Source: Bugula neritina (lineage: Eukaryota > Animalia > Bryozoa). From it: a stretch of DNA of 64,000 nt. The stretch spans positions 10,136,633 through 10,200,632 of the forward strand of contig OZ037769.1 of NCBI GenBank assembly GCA_964035545.1. Reading direction: 5' to 3'. Each line of letters opens with the position of its first letter. Positions within the stretch are counted from its first letter, which is position 1. The notes beneath the pieces are model-generated. The model did not search any database and was not told where the DNA came from. It saw only the letters and a program-made list of their open reading frames with translations. Positions 26,513 to 40,113 of this stretch are shown one piece after another. Position numbers and translations under genes: made by a program.

Positions 26513-29500
26513 CTACTGCTTAGAAACACGTCTACTCCTGACTGCATCAGCGTATGAAAAGATCGAGCAACGTGGTTGGGGTGCGTGATTAAGACTTTGT
26601 GCACCCGGCGGATGAATATTGTTTCCATTTCCGCCGATACAAAAGTTGATATTTTCGTGGTGTTGACAACTCCCACATTTGCTCGATACTTTTCTCGTAC
26701 GGTTTTCCCCTAGACTTTCATACGCGCCGCTTTTAACGCAGTCGCATACGAACTCCTTCAAATATGCGGGGGGTTGCCTCGTACGCTGCCCCCTTTCTAG
26801 GGGGGGTGACACGCTCGCCGGTTTATTAGCAGGGGCCTCTAATGGCGTCTCTACTTCACCGTTAGCGGTCACTTCTTCTTGTTCTCCGGATAGAGCCCCT
26901 CCCTCCGTGGGGGTTTGCACTTCCGGAACCGGCTCGGTTTCCGGAAGTGGTGGAATCAGACTTGGCGGTGGCGGACACGCTTCTGTTAGTAAAAGCGGTC
27001 GCTCATCTCTCATTAATCTTTCTTCCCGCGGTATGACCACTTCATATTCAGGTCCATGCCGCCGTCGCCCGCGCGTTGTTGTCTGCCTCCTGGGCTCTAA
27101 CAACGGGGGGGGGGGGCTTCTCCCACTCCGTCGGGGCTAGCCCAATACGGCTTCAAGCGAGACTCATTCTGGATAGACACCTGTCCTGAGCGCTCAATCT
27201 TGTACGTATGGTTGGGCATAGCCTCGACGATCACGTAGGGTCCCACGAACTTAGGCTGTAACTTAGCCGCCTGTCTGCAACGCCTACGGTAATTGACCAT
27301 CCACACCTTATCCCCTGTTTGGTAGAGGGGTGGTTCCTCGGAATCTTCGTGTCGCACCTTCCACTGTTCACGCAGTATGTCGTGTGCGACCTTCATCCGT
27401 TCCACTAGTTCACTGGCATACTCGTGAATCGAGTTGTCTAGCTCTGGAACGTGGTAGGTGAGATGGTCAGGTACCCGGGTCTCTCTCCCGAGCATCAAGA
27501 GGTTTGGGGTCTCACCAGTACTGGTGTGTGGGGTGCTACGGTATGCACGCATGACCTGCGGCAACACCGTGTCCCATTCCTCTTGACTGCGTCCAAGGAG
27601 GAGACTCCGGAGCGCATCACCTAGCATCCGGTTGTTGCGCTCCACCACCCCATTGCCTTGCGGGTGATAGAAGGTGGTCCTGCTCTGATTTACTCCCCAG
27701 AGGCGGCAAAGGTCGCTCATCAGTTGAGACTGGAATTGAGCGCCTTGATCAGAGTGTATCTGCTCGGGTAGACCGAAATAACAGAATACATGTTGGTCTA
27801 GTACCCTGGCCACTGTTGGGGGCCGATGCATCTGGGATAGCCAGAGCATCCGCCCACCTAGTAAAGTGGTCGGTTAATACTAATATCCAACTATTGCCTC
27901 TGGGGGGTCAGGGGCATGGGTCCGACCAGGTCAACAGCTACCACTTGCTACAGCCTGCCAGCATATAGCCTCCGCCGTCCCTCTTCACCAGGGAGACGGC
28001 CATGCTTGCTGGCCTGGCAGATTTCGCACTGCTTAACTCTGAGCCGGACATCCCACCCCATTTTGGACCAATACCACCGGAGTTGTAGTTTGGAGATCAC
28101 CCTCTTGACCCCTGCGTGGGCCTGTTTGTGAGTGTCCCAGATCAACTCGCGGCGTATGGCACTGGGGCAGACCACCCTTTTCCTCTCCGGGTGTCTGCCA
28201 TTGGCAGCTAGAGAGATGGTCAATAGACCATCCTGCCCGATCCTCAGCGAGTCCCAACTGGCAGAGTAGCCGGAACTCGGCGCATCCCTGCCGTATACGT
28301 TCCTCGCTGGGTCGTCGCCCATCCTTTTTGGCCCGATATATGTCTGCCACTACTCCAGGCAACTCCTCTTGGAGCTTCTGCAGCTCCTGGACATTATCGG
28401 CCAGTACAGGATTGGCGCGGAGGTTCTGTACAACCTCCGGGGACTCGTCAACCTCCTGCCTGAGTTGACCTTGGTCCCAGTCAAACGGTGCTCCGTGGTG
28501 AGCCAATGTCTCCAACTCGCGTCGCGGGGGACCTCCGTCCCTCCTCTCGATGTTGAGACACTGTTTGCAACCTCCATCAGGTCGGCGGCTCAGACCATCC
28601 GCATTGCTGTGTCTCTTGCCCGGTCGATGTTCGATCCGGTACGAGAATTCAGCTAGGATTTCGAGCCACCGGGCGACCTGACTAGAGGGCTCTGCTCTCT
28701 TGCACAACCAGATCAGCGAGGCATGATCCGTACGCAGCCGGAACTTCCTGCCATATAAGTATGGTCTGAAGTGCTTCACTGACTTGATTACTGCCAGCAG
28801 CTCCTTGCGGGTAGTGCAGTAATTTCGTTCAGTGGGTGAGAGAGACTTGCTGTAGTAGGCTACTACTACCTCTCGGCCTTCCTGCACTTGAGACAGCACA
28901 GCGCCAACATTTTGGTCACTGGCATCAGTGTCGAGGATGTACTCCAGAGTGGGGTCTGGGTAGGCCAAGATGGGCGCCGTTAGCAGGCAGCCCTTGAGGC
29001 GGTCGAACGCTCCTTGTTCGACTGGGGTCCACTGCCACGTCACCCCCTTTGCGGTGAGCCGGTTTAACGGCTGTGCTATGCCCGCAAAGTCTGGTATGTA
29101 TTGCCTGTAATACCCTACCAGCCCCAAGAAAGCCCGAAGTCCGGTCAAGTCTTGGGGCGTGACCCAGTCTTCTATTGCTCGTACCTTCTCAGGATCCGTT
29201 GCCACGCCGTTTCGACCGACAACGTGCCCCAGGTAGTTAACCTCTGGCTGCAATAGAGCGCACTTGGAAGGTTTGAGCTTAAGACCGGCACCTCGGAGTC
29301 TCTCAAAGACCTTCCGCAGACGACCGACATGCGTCTCGAAGTCTGGGGAGATCACGATGACATCATCGAGGTAGATCAGCAGTGTCTTCCAATGGAGCCC
29401 GCTGAGGACTTGCTCCATCAGCCTCTGGAAGGTGGCTGGGGCGGAGGTTAACCCGAAAGGCAACACCTTCCACTTCCACAAACCGTCCCATGTGATAAAC

Positions 29501-31063
29501 GCCGCTTTCTCCTGGGCGTCGGGACTCAGAGGAACTTGCCAATAGCCGCTTAGCAAGTCTAACGTACTGAAGTACTTGCTGCCGGCTAGGGCGTCCAATG
29601 ACTCGTCAATACGAGGTAGAGGGTAGGCGTCCTGTATGGTTACGCTATTGAGTTTGCGGTAATCCACACAGAACCGCCAACTGCCGTCTTTCTTCCGGAC
29701 CAATACGACCGGCGAGCTCCACGCACTATGGGCGGGCTCTATGAGGCCGCGGTCCAGAAGATCCCGTACTTGTCGGCTAACCTCCTTCTCTTTTTCCGGC
29801 CCCAGCCTGCGTGTGGGCTGCCGGACAGGGACTGTCCCTGCAGTCAGCGGTATTTCGTGTCTGACAATTCCAGTCAGTCCCACGTCATGATCTCCGCTGC
29901 TGAACACATCACCGTAGTCGCGTAGCAACTTCGCCATAGCTTGGCGTTCTTTGTTACTCGCGCAGCCGCCACAGGCTGTATCATACAAGTCCCGGAGATG
30001 TGTTGGGACTGTCCCTCGCCCTTGAGTAGGGCACCGAGGGAGTGCCTCCGTCGCATCACCCAGCGACGGGCCCACGTCCTCCTCTTGAACAGAGTGAAAA
30101 CGGCCCAGCATAGACCCAGCCGGAAGCTTGACAGACTCGGTAAAAGGGTTGACGCACTGCACTAAGATCTCCCCTTGCTCAGTCAGCTGGTTCAGACTGC
30201 TGGCAAGTTGGATCCTTTCAGACGCGCCTTCAACTACCCCGAGTCCAGAGATCCGGTTATTGTTCACCCTGCAGTGAATGGTAGCCCGGGAGCGGCCTGG
30301 TATGGTACGGTTGCATACCACTTGCACACCTCCCACTAAAGGCCGGCCGAACTTGTCGACGCAGGCGAGTTCTCGCCCGGACATCATCATCGCAGATTTA
30401 CTAAAATCGATGTGACATCCGTGCCGTTTTAGGAATGGCATCCCGAGGATGGCGTCCTCCTTGAGCTGACTGACGATAAACGTCTCTTGGATCGTTTGAT
30501 CGCGGACTCGTCCAGTCAGCTCAATTATACCATAGAAGGGTGCCATACTCCCCCTCGTATGGTTCCATCTCACCCCTGACCCTAGCACTGAGGGTGTCGA
30601 AGAGTTGGCGACTTAAGAGTTTCGTGGTACAGCCTGAATCAATGAGGAAAGTAACAGCCTTGCCTTCCAGTTTACCGGGCAAGAAATAGCTGTTCCCATG
30701 GGGCTGCACCTGAACTCTCTCTTCAGGCCTTACTCTCGCAGGGAGTACCCCCCTCGCTTTGGGTCGTGAAGGAGGTCTCTTGGGATGGTGGTAAGTGGGC
30801 CTCGGGGGTGCCGAGGCTAGATTCCGGGCTACCTTTGTTGGCTCCCATCCAGATTCTTGGGCTTGTAGCCCTGCGAATCTGTTGTGAAGGGGAATGGAAA
30901 AGGTAGCGGCGGGGCGGAGCCCCTTGCTGGTCCGTCGTGGCTGTTGCCACTGTCGGTTTCCAGTACGCGGTACCCGTCTAGGTGACCTGCGTTTCTTCTT
31001 CCCTGGAGGTTTCATCGTCGGCCCGCAGGAGGTGGGAACATCTGCGGGCCGCGGTAGTTTAAC
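26513..31063 (-). pseudogene. pol: E1 pol (protease LIDSG, RT YLDD, RNase H, integrase), interrupted by frameshifts near 30540, 28260, 27830 and 27110
   Basis: ORF pieces 30521-31123, 28033-30588, 27948-28322, 27097-27849 and 26513-27103 are colinear with the E2/E3 pol. Confidence 0.92.
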
Positions 31064-31963
31064 CCCGGAGTTAGGAAGGGACAGTACCTGCGAAAATGTC
31101 CTTGATTTCCGCATTCCCAGCAAAAACTGACTGTTTCTCCCTGTGGCGGCGCTGGTGGCCGTACGGGCTCAGCGGCGGTACCTACTGGGGTTTGGGGTGT
31201 CAGTGTTGCTATCAGTTTGGCCAGCATGTCTGTCAGTTGAGTGACTTTCGATGCCGTCGCTAACTGGGACACGGCAGCCGTGGCGGAGGTTTCCTCCTCT
31301 CGTCCCGCGGCCGTGTCCGCGCGGTCTACCTCCACTTGACGGGAGCTCCCGCGACTTTTATGCATTTGATTAGCTAGGAGGTAAGCTTCCCCCTCAGTCA
31401 GAGCATCTTCAACGGTGGTGACTCCCCTAGCTAGAAACTGGTGGTGGAGACCCAAATCGTCGACAGATGCTATGAAAGCGTCGAGGGTATACCTCTCGCG
31501 GTTGACTGGGGGCAAGTCGCTGTATGCGATCTGTGCCAGCTTCATGACCGCGGCGGCGTGCTCCCGCAGCGGGGTGCGGGGATCACACCGCAACCTCTGC
31601 AATCAGGCCTTGGCATCTGTAGCAGAGAGGCCGAAGCCGGCCCGCAGAGAAGCAAAGATATTATCAATGTCTACGCCCAGCCCATAAGGCTTGGCTTTGT
31701 CCATCAATGCCATTCTAAGCTTCAGCAGGGCCACCCTAGGGGGCCACTGGGCGACGTCCATTACGTCGCTAAACTCTTGGATAAATTGTTCCACCTCCTC
31801 TTCGCCCGTGAAGGTGGGCGCCTTTAACCGGTAGCGGTCTTCAGTTAGTTCTCGCGGAACCCTTCGCTCTTCTACTACATGGTTAACAGGCATTGTCTAC
31901 AGCATTGTCTCTACGCTCACCTTCTACTGCCGGTGGTTGCGTTCCAGCATTTTCAGTCTCCAT
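31012..31963 (-). pseudogene. gag: E1 gag with CCHC knuckle; frameshift near 31890 and in-frame TGA at 31603
   Basis: METENAG.. start matches E2; APTFTGEEEVEQF; CWECGNQGHFRRYC. Confidence 0.88.
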
Positions 31964-34732
31964 CTTGGATGCACTATCCCACCGCTGCCACCACTGTTAT
32001 GTTTTCCAGAATTAGGGTTGATATGCAATCCAGAGAGTCTAATTACTTGCTATAGAACTGCACCAGGATAAGTCGAGTGAACGAGTATATATTTTAAACA
32101 CAATAATACATTACAAAAACGATACAAATACATCTGACAATTTACACATCTAGACTATTCAGCACTCTAACTTCGACTGACTAACAGCGGGAAAACTATT
32201 ACTGCTGCTAACTAATCCTAAGCCGCTAATTGGCTATCAATTGTTCCGGGTCAATTACACGACCCCATATACTGTGCTGCTGGTAGCTCCACGAGCCACC
32301 ACAATACTATTAGTATTACATTTACTATTAGTATTACTATTAGTATTACAGCTACTACTACGTCTACTTACTACTATATTAGTATTACTAAGTCTAATAG
32401 TAATACTAATACTGCTACTGCTAGTGCTACTGCTAGTGCTACTGCTAGTGCTACTGCTAGTGCTACTGCTAGTGCTACTGCTAGTGCTACTGCTAGTACT
32501 ACTGCTAGTACTACTGCTAGTACTACTACTAGTTCTTAGAGTTGGTCTTACAGTTACTAGTATAATATTATTAGTAATACTAATACTTATACACTTACAG
32601 TTATACTTTTATAGTTGAAGTTATACTAATGGTAATACTAATACTAATTGATAGGTATAGGATGAGGATCATGATGATCATACTCATAACATTAATTTTA
32701 ATTTAACTTATAAGAATAAGTCGTACTCATACTCACTAAATACTATCGGTAATTATACTGATGCTCATATTCATACTGTAATACTAATACTCATAGTGAT
32801 GGTGATACAGTAACAGTTACAGTTATATTAATAGTAATAATGATGATGGTGAGGATCTGATAGTCATACGCTAACACAGTTACTGATTACACTTACACTT
32901 TATAGAGGCTCATGTTGATAGTTATTGTCATAGGGACACTGATACTCATATTGGCATTGCTTTTTTGGAATGACTATCAGTATCACTATGAAATTTAATT
33001 TGGCTCCAAGTCTAACTTTGAGATAAACTCTGAGTGTTAGTACCAGTATCAATAAGTGACTATCAGTATGAGTATGAGTATCGCTATCAAAGTCAGTATA
33101 AGTATTGCAATATGAGTAAAAGTATGACTATGAGTATGATTTCAGTTCAGAGAGATGACCTCCAGATAAACGACCATCAATATATTCTACATAGACAACC
33201 CCCCCCCCCCCCAACTGGACGACTTTCATTTAGACGACTTTATAATTTGAAAACACTAAAAATTACTAAAAATAAATTTAATGACATTTGATACTAAGTT
33301 GCATTTATTTTGATTTCATGTGAATCTATGTGCACAGGTGTCTAACTGAAGCTATTTATAGGTGTATAACTGAAGCCATATGCATAATATGACTCATTAA
33401 AACTATTGCTCTAACAGTTTGCTAAAGCCATATCCATAAGATGCCTAATTTTTTTGAAATGATATAATATAATTTTTTAAAACTATTCTTTTACATTATA
33501 TTCGTTCAATTTGAATTTGAATTTGAATATCATCTGCACATATATTTGATAGCAATATTTTGGTAGTCTAACTGGGGGTCATCTATCTGGAATGACACCA
33601 TGAGTATTATGACTATGACTATAACTATCATCGTGATAATGATAAAGCTAGGCATTGGGTTAGGGTGTTTTAGCTCTAAGTGTAGTGAAACTTATTAACT
33701 GTTATGCTAAGCTTAATGTTTATTTAGCTATAGTACATCTGACAATTATAATAGTTATACTTGCAGTAATATTAAGTTAGACCGCAGAATCCGCTTGGTC
33801 AGTTAGTGGTTCTACAATTTTTGTCTAGCAGTAGATGAGGCAATAGAATGCTTGTGTCTATGCTTGGTAATCGCTTTGATAGTAGCGAACCAACATACAA
33901 AGCTGATTTCTCAGATTAAAGATTAGTAATGGAAGTTTATCAACATTTAATTGGTTGGAGCCTCTTTACCTGTTTAAACTTTGATTTCGGTTTGATTTCG
34001 TCCTAGTCAATCTTTGGCTAAAATTGAATAAATGTGATGAAACTACAATCATTTTGTTGACCTAAAGTTTTGTGGGTATTTTATTATTGCATATGATGTA
34101 GGCAAATGTACTTCATAGTCCTGGTTCTTGAGTGAGTGTGTGTGTGCAGGTGTGATGAAAATGAAAGTTTAATAATGCATTGGAAAGATTATGGTGCAAC
34201 AAGTCTAATCTAAAATTTTACCTCATTCAACAATATCTTAGCTGAACTTCCTGTAGTTGAACTTTTGTTTAACTATGAAACTAATTTATACTTATTATTT
34301 ATATATTTATACACATATAACTCAATCTATTGGCAATTTTTATTTGAAGGGTTCAGCTCCTTCTCAGTACATAACAGAGCTATAACAGCTCATGTCGTTG
34401 CAATAGAAGAAACTAATGTTTCTACCAAAACAAATTTGGTAAAAAAATTAGCTATATTACCACACAGTGAACAGGATCTAACTACTCACATTATTCACTA
34501 CATTTGCTGCTGCTACCAGTATACTTGATATCATCAAAACTACCTCTGAAATGTCATCGGAAATGTTGTGATATTTTATAACTAGTAAATGGCACTGTAC
34601 AAGATGAGCTAGGTATCACGTCAAGACACATTAGCAGGGTTATTTACTTGTAGATGAAGCACAGTATCTTCATTGTATCCTAACATCGCCTTCTGTCAGT
34701 ATCATCCAAGTCGACAGTGTTACAAGACTGAG

Positions 34733-37700
34733 ATGTGGGATTTCATTTTCTACCAATGTTCAGTTTTAACCTTCATCTTACTCTACTGGTTTCACAAACC
34801 CAAGGATCAAACCTCATCCCCACCTTCTAATCCAATTAACCAGCAATCTTCATCTGGTGAAAAAGGTAAGTAGCTTACACACATTGTGCTCCAACCATAC
34901 TCCAGTTTACCGTTATATCTTCTTTATTAATCTGTGCTATGAAGCTCAGTGTTGTGAGTCTTATAGCTAATTCAACAATCTAATATAACTTAGGCCTTTA
35001 GCCACAGCTTTATGGTTGTTTCAACTCTAATGTATGACGCTGTTTTCTAACTTTGAGTTCTCAACTATAAACTCAAATGTTGACAGAAGTTTGAGACCAT
35101 CGAATAATCCAACCCAGGATTTAAAGTTCATGAATTTAGCTATAACTATAACAGTGTGACATGCTGATAGCTATCAGCATGTCACACAGTTAAGGTTATG
35201 TACTAGTCCGAAGTGCTGACTTGAATACTTACAAATTTGTGTACTTGTTGACTTGAGTACTGGCTTATCTGTGTACTTGATGTTCCTTGGCTATAAAATC
35301 ATTGACTTGGTTTGTGTAAACTATTTGCTTGGTTTCTCCAATTGCTTATGTTTATATATTTACTTTATGCCGTTGAATTTTTTTCCGAGTGTAGGTCTCA
35401 ACTAGGTCTATTTTATTCCTAGCTTCTATTGCATATATTTAAATAAATTTGCTAAATCATAATTAGATTTTAAGCATAATTTTTTAATGATTTTTCAATG
35501 AAAGTTCAAAAATTTAAATAATCAGATTTATTTGGAATGTGAGAGCGATTTATTGGCTATGTTATTATTAGACGTTATTGTCATTGTTGCCTATCTACAT
35601 GATGGACATTTCTTATTTTATTTTAAACATGTTTAAAACATACTAGTTTAAAATATCTGAAACTAAAGCTAACCATTAATTTATTGTCTTTTTAGCTGCT
35701 CAATTCATGTAAACAACCACCAGTTTTGCTAAGTTCATGTCAATTTTCAAATGAGCTGTGCAAACTATGTTAAATTGATCAAATAGTTGCAAGTCATTCT
35801 TCAACTTATGTGCTTGTAAATTTATATCATTGCCGAACTTGACTCTGCTGTGATTTAGTTTTTTTTGAGCTCAGGTCATTACTTAATATGACTTGATAAG
35901 CTGTAAATATGACTTGAATTACTCTCACTTCTACCTACAGAAATGATTGAACAGTGCATGTTACTAGACAGTAGGGTAGTCTCAAACTCTATCTTTATTT
36001 GAAGTACCTATTTTCTGAAGCTGTGTTATTAAAGTACATTATGCAATTTAATCTTATTAGGGATCTAATATTATGCACTTAAAGTCAGGGCTATTGCAAT
36101 GTTTAATTTTAGTCACATTTATTTTGCCCAGACTATCTTCTTTTATTTGTTCAAAATTCAAGCTCATAATTGTTAATAAAGTAACTAAACTTGTTCTCAC
36201 ACTATACTATATATAAACTTGTCTGCTTTATTCATGTCTAATAAAGGATTGTGCCCTCCTGTTTTCTCAATGAATTTGATCTTATGTTTTCTTCGTCATG
36301 GCTTCTATCTTAACTACTTGCTAGTTGGTTTATTCTAAGATTCACTCATAGAACCATCAGTAATGTAAATCTACGTAAATAGTCATAATTTTCTTTAAAC
36401 AGCCCCTAATTTAAATTTTCGCAACTTATCGTTGCATACAAAGCCTCACATATTTTGTACATTGTGATAACAAGTGTGCTTGTTTTATGGGGGCATACCA
36501 TTGTGTGAAACTGCATAATAGTAATATGTAGAGTTAGTAAATGAATTGTTTTTAAAAAACAAATGTTATTTTGCTTTTCTGGTAATTCTAAGGTGATGTT
36601 TGGAAATCAAGAATTAACCTTTTCCCTTATTAGTTATCTTCTTTTTGTAAATGTAAAAACGTAGAGCAGTGCTAATATTAGAGTGGTGCTAACATAGAAT
36701 AGTGCTAACATAGAATAGTGCTAACATAGAATAGTGCTAACATAGAATAGTGCTAACATAGGCTCTCTGAAATTAATTGAAAGTTCTTCACATTTTTATT
36801 TTATGACACAGTCACCAACTTCTCCCTCAAATGGTTTCAGTTGTAAGAAAAATAAAGACGTTTTGTTGATATTACTATAGCTAAAGTTTATGTGATGAAA
36901 AAGTAACATGCTGATAGTGGGTTTTGAACCCCCACAGGATTTTAGATAGGTTCATGTTTTATTCTCTTTATTAAAGCATTTATGTTATTAAGATAGTTTA
37001 TTATTGTTATTTATTTATTATTTTATTGTATTTATATAACAGTTGGTCACTAAAGCTTGCACTTAGATCTAATTTGAGTAGTTGGGTTCAAACTAAATGT
37101 TAATTGAATTGAGTTTAATATTTTTTTGGAAATGCTGATAATCCAAAGCATAGCATAAAAGCAGTTGACCTCAATTACTGTAAACATTTCAATTTGCAAA
37201 ACATATTTTACAAATTTGGAAACTTCTGGTGACAGTAAATAGTGTTCAGCCAATTTTGTTTATTTCAGTTATGCTGTATGCAGATAGAATTTATACTATG
37301 AGTTATAATATATGATGAATTGATTGTTTCAGACCAACTTCTCACATCTAAGTCAGTGGAATCAGCCGAGATCGATGCTAGTCTAAAAACAAAGGCACGA
37401 CAACGTCTAACAAGTTTTCGTCGGAGAAAGGACCTGGTTGAGCATGAAATTATACTTTCCCTGGGGCTGAATCCTGACGAAGAAGGGTTTGAAGCATTTT
37501 GTGACAAGTTTAGCACTTTTGAATATGTTAGCGAAGCTCTGGTTAAGGCTGGTTTCTGTTCATGTGACATGATAATTGGCATAGATTTCACGGCGAGCAA
37601 TGAATGGCAAGGAAAACGTTCTTTCAGCAAAAACAACCTTCATAAAATCAATGGCTCAAAAATATTCAACCCGTACCAGAAAGTTCTGCAGATTGTTGGG

Positions 37701-38273
37701 AAGACCTTGTCATTTTTAAGTAGTGATCATGTGATTCATTGTTATGGGTTCGGTGACGTGGAAACCAAAGACCACTCTGTGTTTTCTCTACAGGATAAGA
37801 CAACTCATTGTACTGATTATAAAGAAATTATAGACGCCTACACTCAAACAGCAAAGCATATTCAGCTAAGCGGTCCTACTAACTTCGCCCCTATGATAAA
37901 CAAGGGGATAGAATATTGTGAGATAACGGGTAAATATCACGTACTCATTATGATAGTGGACGGTCAGGTATCTTCTAAATCTGAGAAACAGACTGTTGAG
38001 GCCATAGTCAGGGCCAGTGACTACCCACTCAGTATTATTGTCATCGGTATAGGTGACGGACCTTTTGGCACTATGTTTGAGTACGATGATGGACTGCCCA
38101 AGAGAAAGTTTGACAATCTGCAGTTTGTTAACTTTCATCGTACAGTTACTAAAAGTAAACACGAAGCTGCTTTTGCTCTACACGCATTAATGGAGTTGCC
38201 TGATCAATACAAGGCAATCCAGCAATTGGGGTATTTACAAAATCACACTGTAGCTGATAAGAAGAGAGTGTAG
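34733..38273 (+). CDS. Copine/RGLG-type vWA-domain protein, ~357 aa, with N-terminal hydrophobic segment; exons 34733-34865 and 37333-38273
   Basis: MIIGIDFTASNEWQG, NPYQ, YGFGD, LSGPTNFAPMI, DGQV, ASDYPLSIIVIGIGDGPF, RKFDNLQFV and ALMELPDQY. Phase-1 donor AAAG|gtaagt fits acceptor tttcag|AC. Exon 1 is less certain than exon 2. Confidence 0.85.
36686..36761. repeat. Short minisatellite x~4.5 (gtgctaacatagaata)
   Basis: Direct reading. Confidence 0.8.
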
Positions 38274-39139
38274 GTTGCTAGGATTAATAGTTGTTGGTTA
38301 AAAGACATAGTCGATACAATAATCTAACATTTTAGTAAACAAAATATGTTTTTATATTCATTAGCTTTTAATTAGACTTGATTTTTGTTGGTGAGCCTCG
38401 TGATAGTACGTTAGTTTAGACAAATTTTCTCTGTTCTGTTATACATTCATATATTTCACTCTATATGCACTGTGCAGTATAATTATTACTGTTTGCAAAA
38501 AATATTCCATTTTTCAAATTCTCTGTTACTTATTTAATATGAATTGTTATAAATGTCAGCTGGTACCTGTGCTGTTCGCTTTTTATTATAAACACAATCT
38601 GTTACATCCATTCCACTAGCTTGTGCTAATTTTTACTTTTCTACAACTCTTCTATTTTCTTATGATGAAACTTATCTAGTTGAGAGTTTATATCAAACTA
38701 AAAATAATCATGTTAACATTTTCTACTAAAGTTTATAGCAGTTCTATAAGCAATATTGTGATTTAAAATATAATTTGTGCTCCTCTATAAAATTATACTC
38801 TAAACAATAAACATAGATGTGTCATTCTCTTGATTGCATGAAATTCAATCTTTTACAACATTTATAATCTGTCATTTTAAAATATGTACATTACACAATA
38901 CAGTATACACTATAATATACTATGTAATGTACATACAAGTATGTAATGTACATGGTATTGAGGCATTTATTGATTTATTGCATATCACAGACATGACAAC
39001 ACAGTTGCGAAATTCTGTGTAAATACTGGCTATAATATAAGTAGGCATGAACAAAAATGAAAGAAAAAAATTCAAAATTGTTGGATTATTTAAAATAGAA
39101 GCTCATTTGAAGTATTTACAAGATGTCGCATGAAGCTAT

Positions 39140-39750
39140 CTTTGCCCCATGCCCCTCTATATTTGATGGTTCAATATCTTCCAGAGGGGCATTGACTCAG
39201 AAAGTTATATAATTAAAATTGTCATCGTTTATTATATATTTGATGGCAAGTTCTTTAGTGAGTTTCTGAATGTGCAAATCAATGTTTAGATACTCAATCC
39301 CAAGTTTTGAGCAATCTTTAAACACCTTTTGGATAGCCTTTTTATCACTGGCATAGATACAAGTAAAAAAAATAGGTAGACAATAGGAGATGAGGGACAT
39401 GATGAAACTTTTGAATAACATATTTGCTAGAGGTTGAGAGCTAAAATACACAAAATTCTTCACAATATATGTTCTTCTTGATACTGTTGTAACTACTGAT
39501 TGTACATGCTCATGATATCTTAAATTCTGATCCACTAACACACCAAGTATCTCACTTTTTCAGACAGTACAATGTTAGTTCCATTCAATACGAGAGTAGG
39601 GGTATGAGGTTTAGCACGTTGGGTTGAGAACATCATATTTTTTGGGTCTTATAGATTTAAATCATCACATTGTTTAGAAATTCTGTTAATCTCATCACAG
39701 TAAAGATTTAGATCAGACTGTTTGCCAATGCAGCCAATAATACTATATTG
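39140..39750 (-). mobile_element. Degenerate LINE 3' fragment (RT C-terminal region)
   Basis: YLGVLVDQNLRYHEHV..FKSFIMSLISYC resembles the LINE ORF2 thumb region; frameshifted. Confidence 0.65.
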
Positions 39751-40113
39751 CATACCATGTACATGGTTGGTTTGTTAGAAATTAACCAAATGATGCAACA
39801 ATTTGGCAAAAATGTTTTCTTGGAGTCTTGACCAGGGGTAGGCAACTTCTATTGCATGAGGGTCACGTTCAGAAGTCAGCCAAAACGAAGGGCCACATCA
39901 TTGTACACATATTGTTGTAGTTTTCCGTACTACTAGTTTGGGTCCTACTGCGTGCTGGCAATTACTACATATCTACTGTGAGGTTATGTGAAGAACCGAA
40001 CTAGTTGATCTTCTAACAAGATAGCTGTATTGTGAAGCAATTACACAGGATTAAAATAAGCATAAGTATAAAAGAGAAAAACATACAGCAGTCGAAGCAA
40101 TTACATACGATAA

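Larger units (their letters stand above)
24817..32303 (-). mobile_element. E1: full-length Ty3/Gypsy LTR retrotransposon (7487 bp) with defective gag-pol and an intact accessory zinc-finger gene
   Basis: 309-bp LTRs 24817-25125 and 31995-32303 (TG..CA, no differences seen); 4-bp TSD ATAC; tRNA-Leu PBS 31976-31993; PPT ~25126-25135; domain order gag-PR-RT-RH-IN. Confidence 0.97.
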
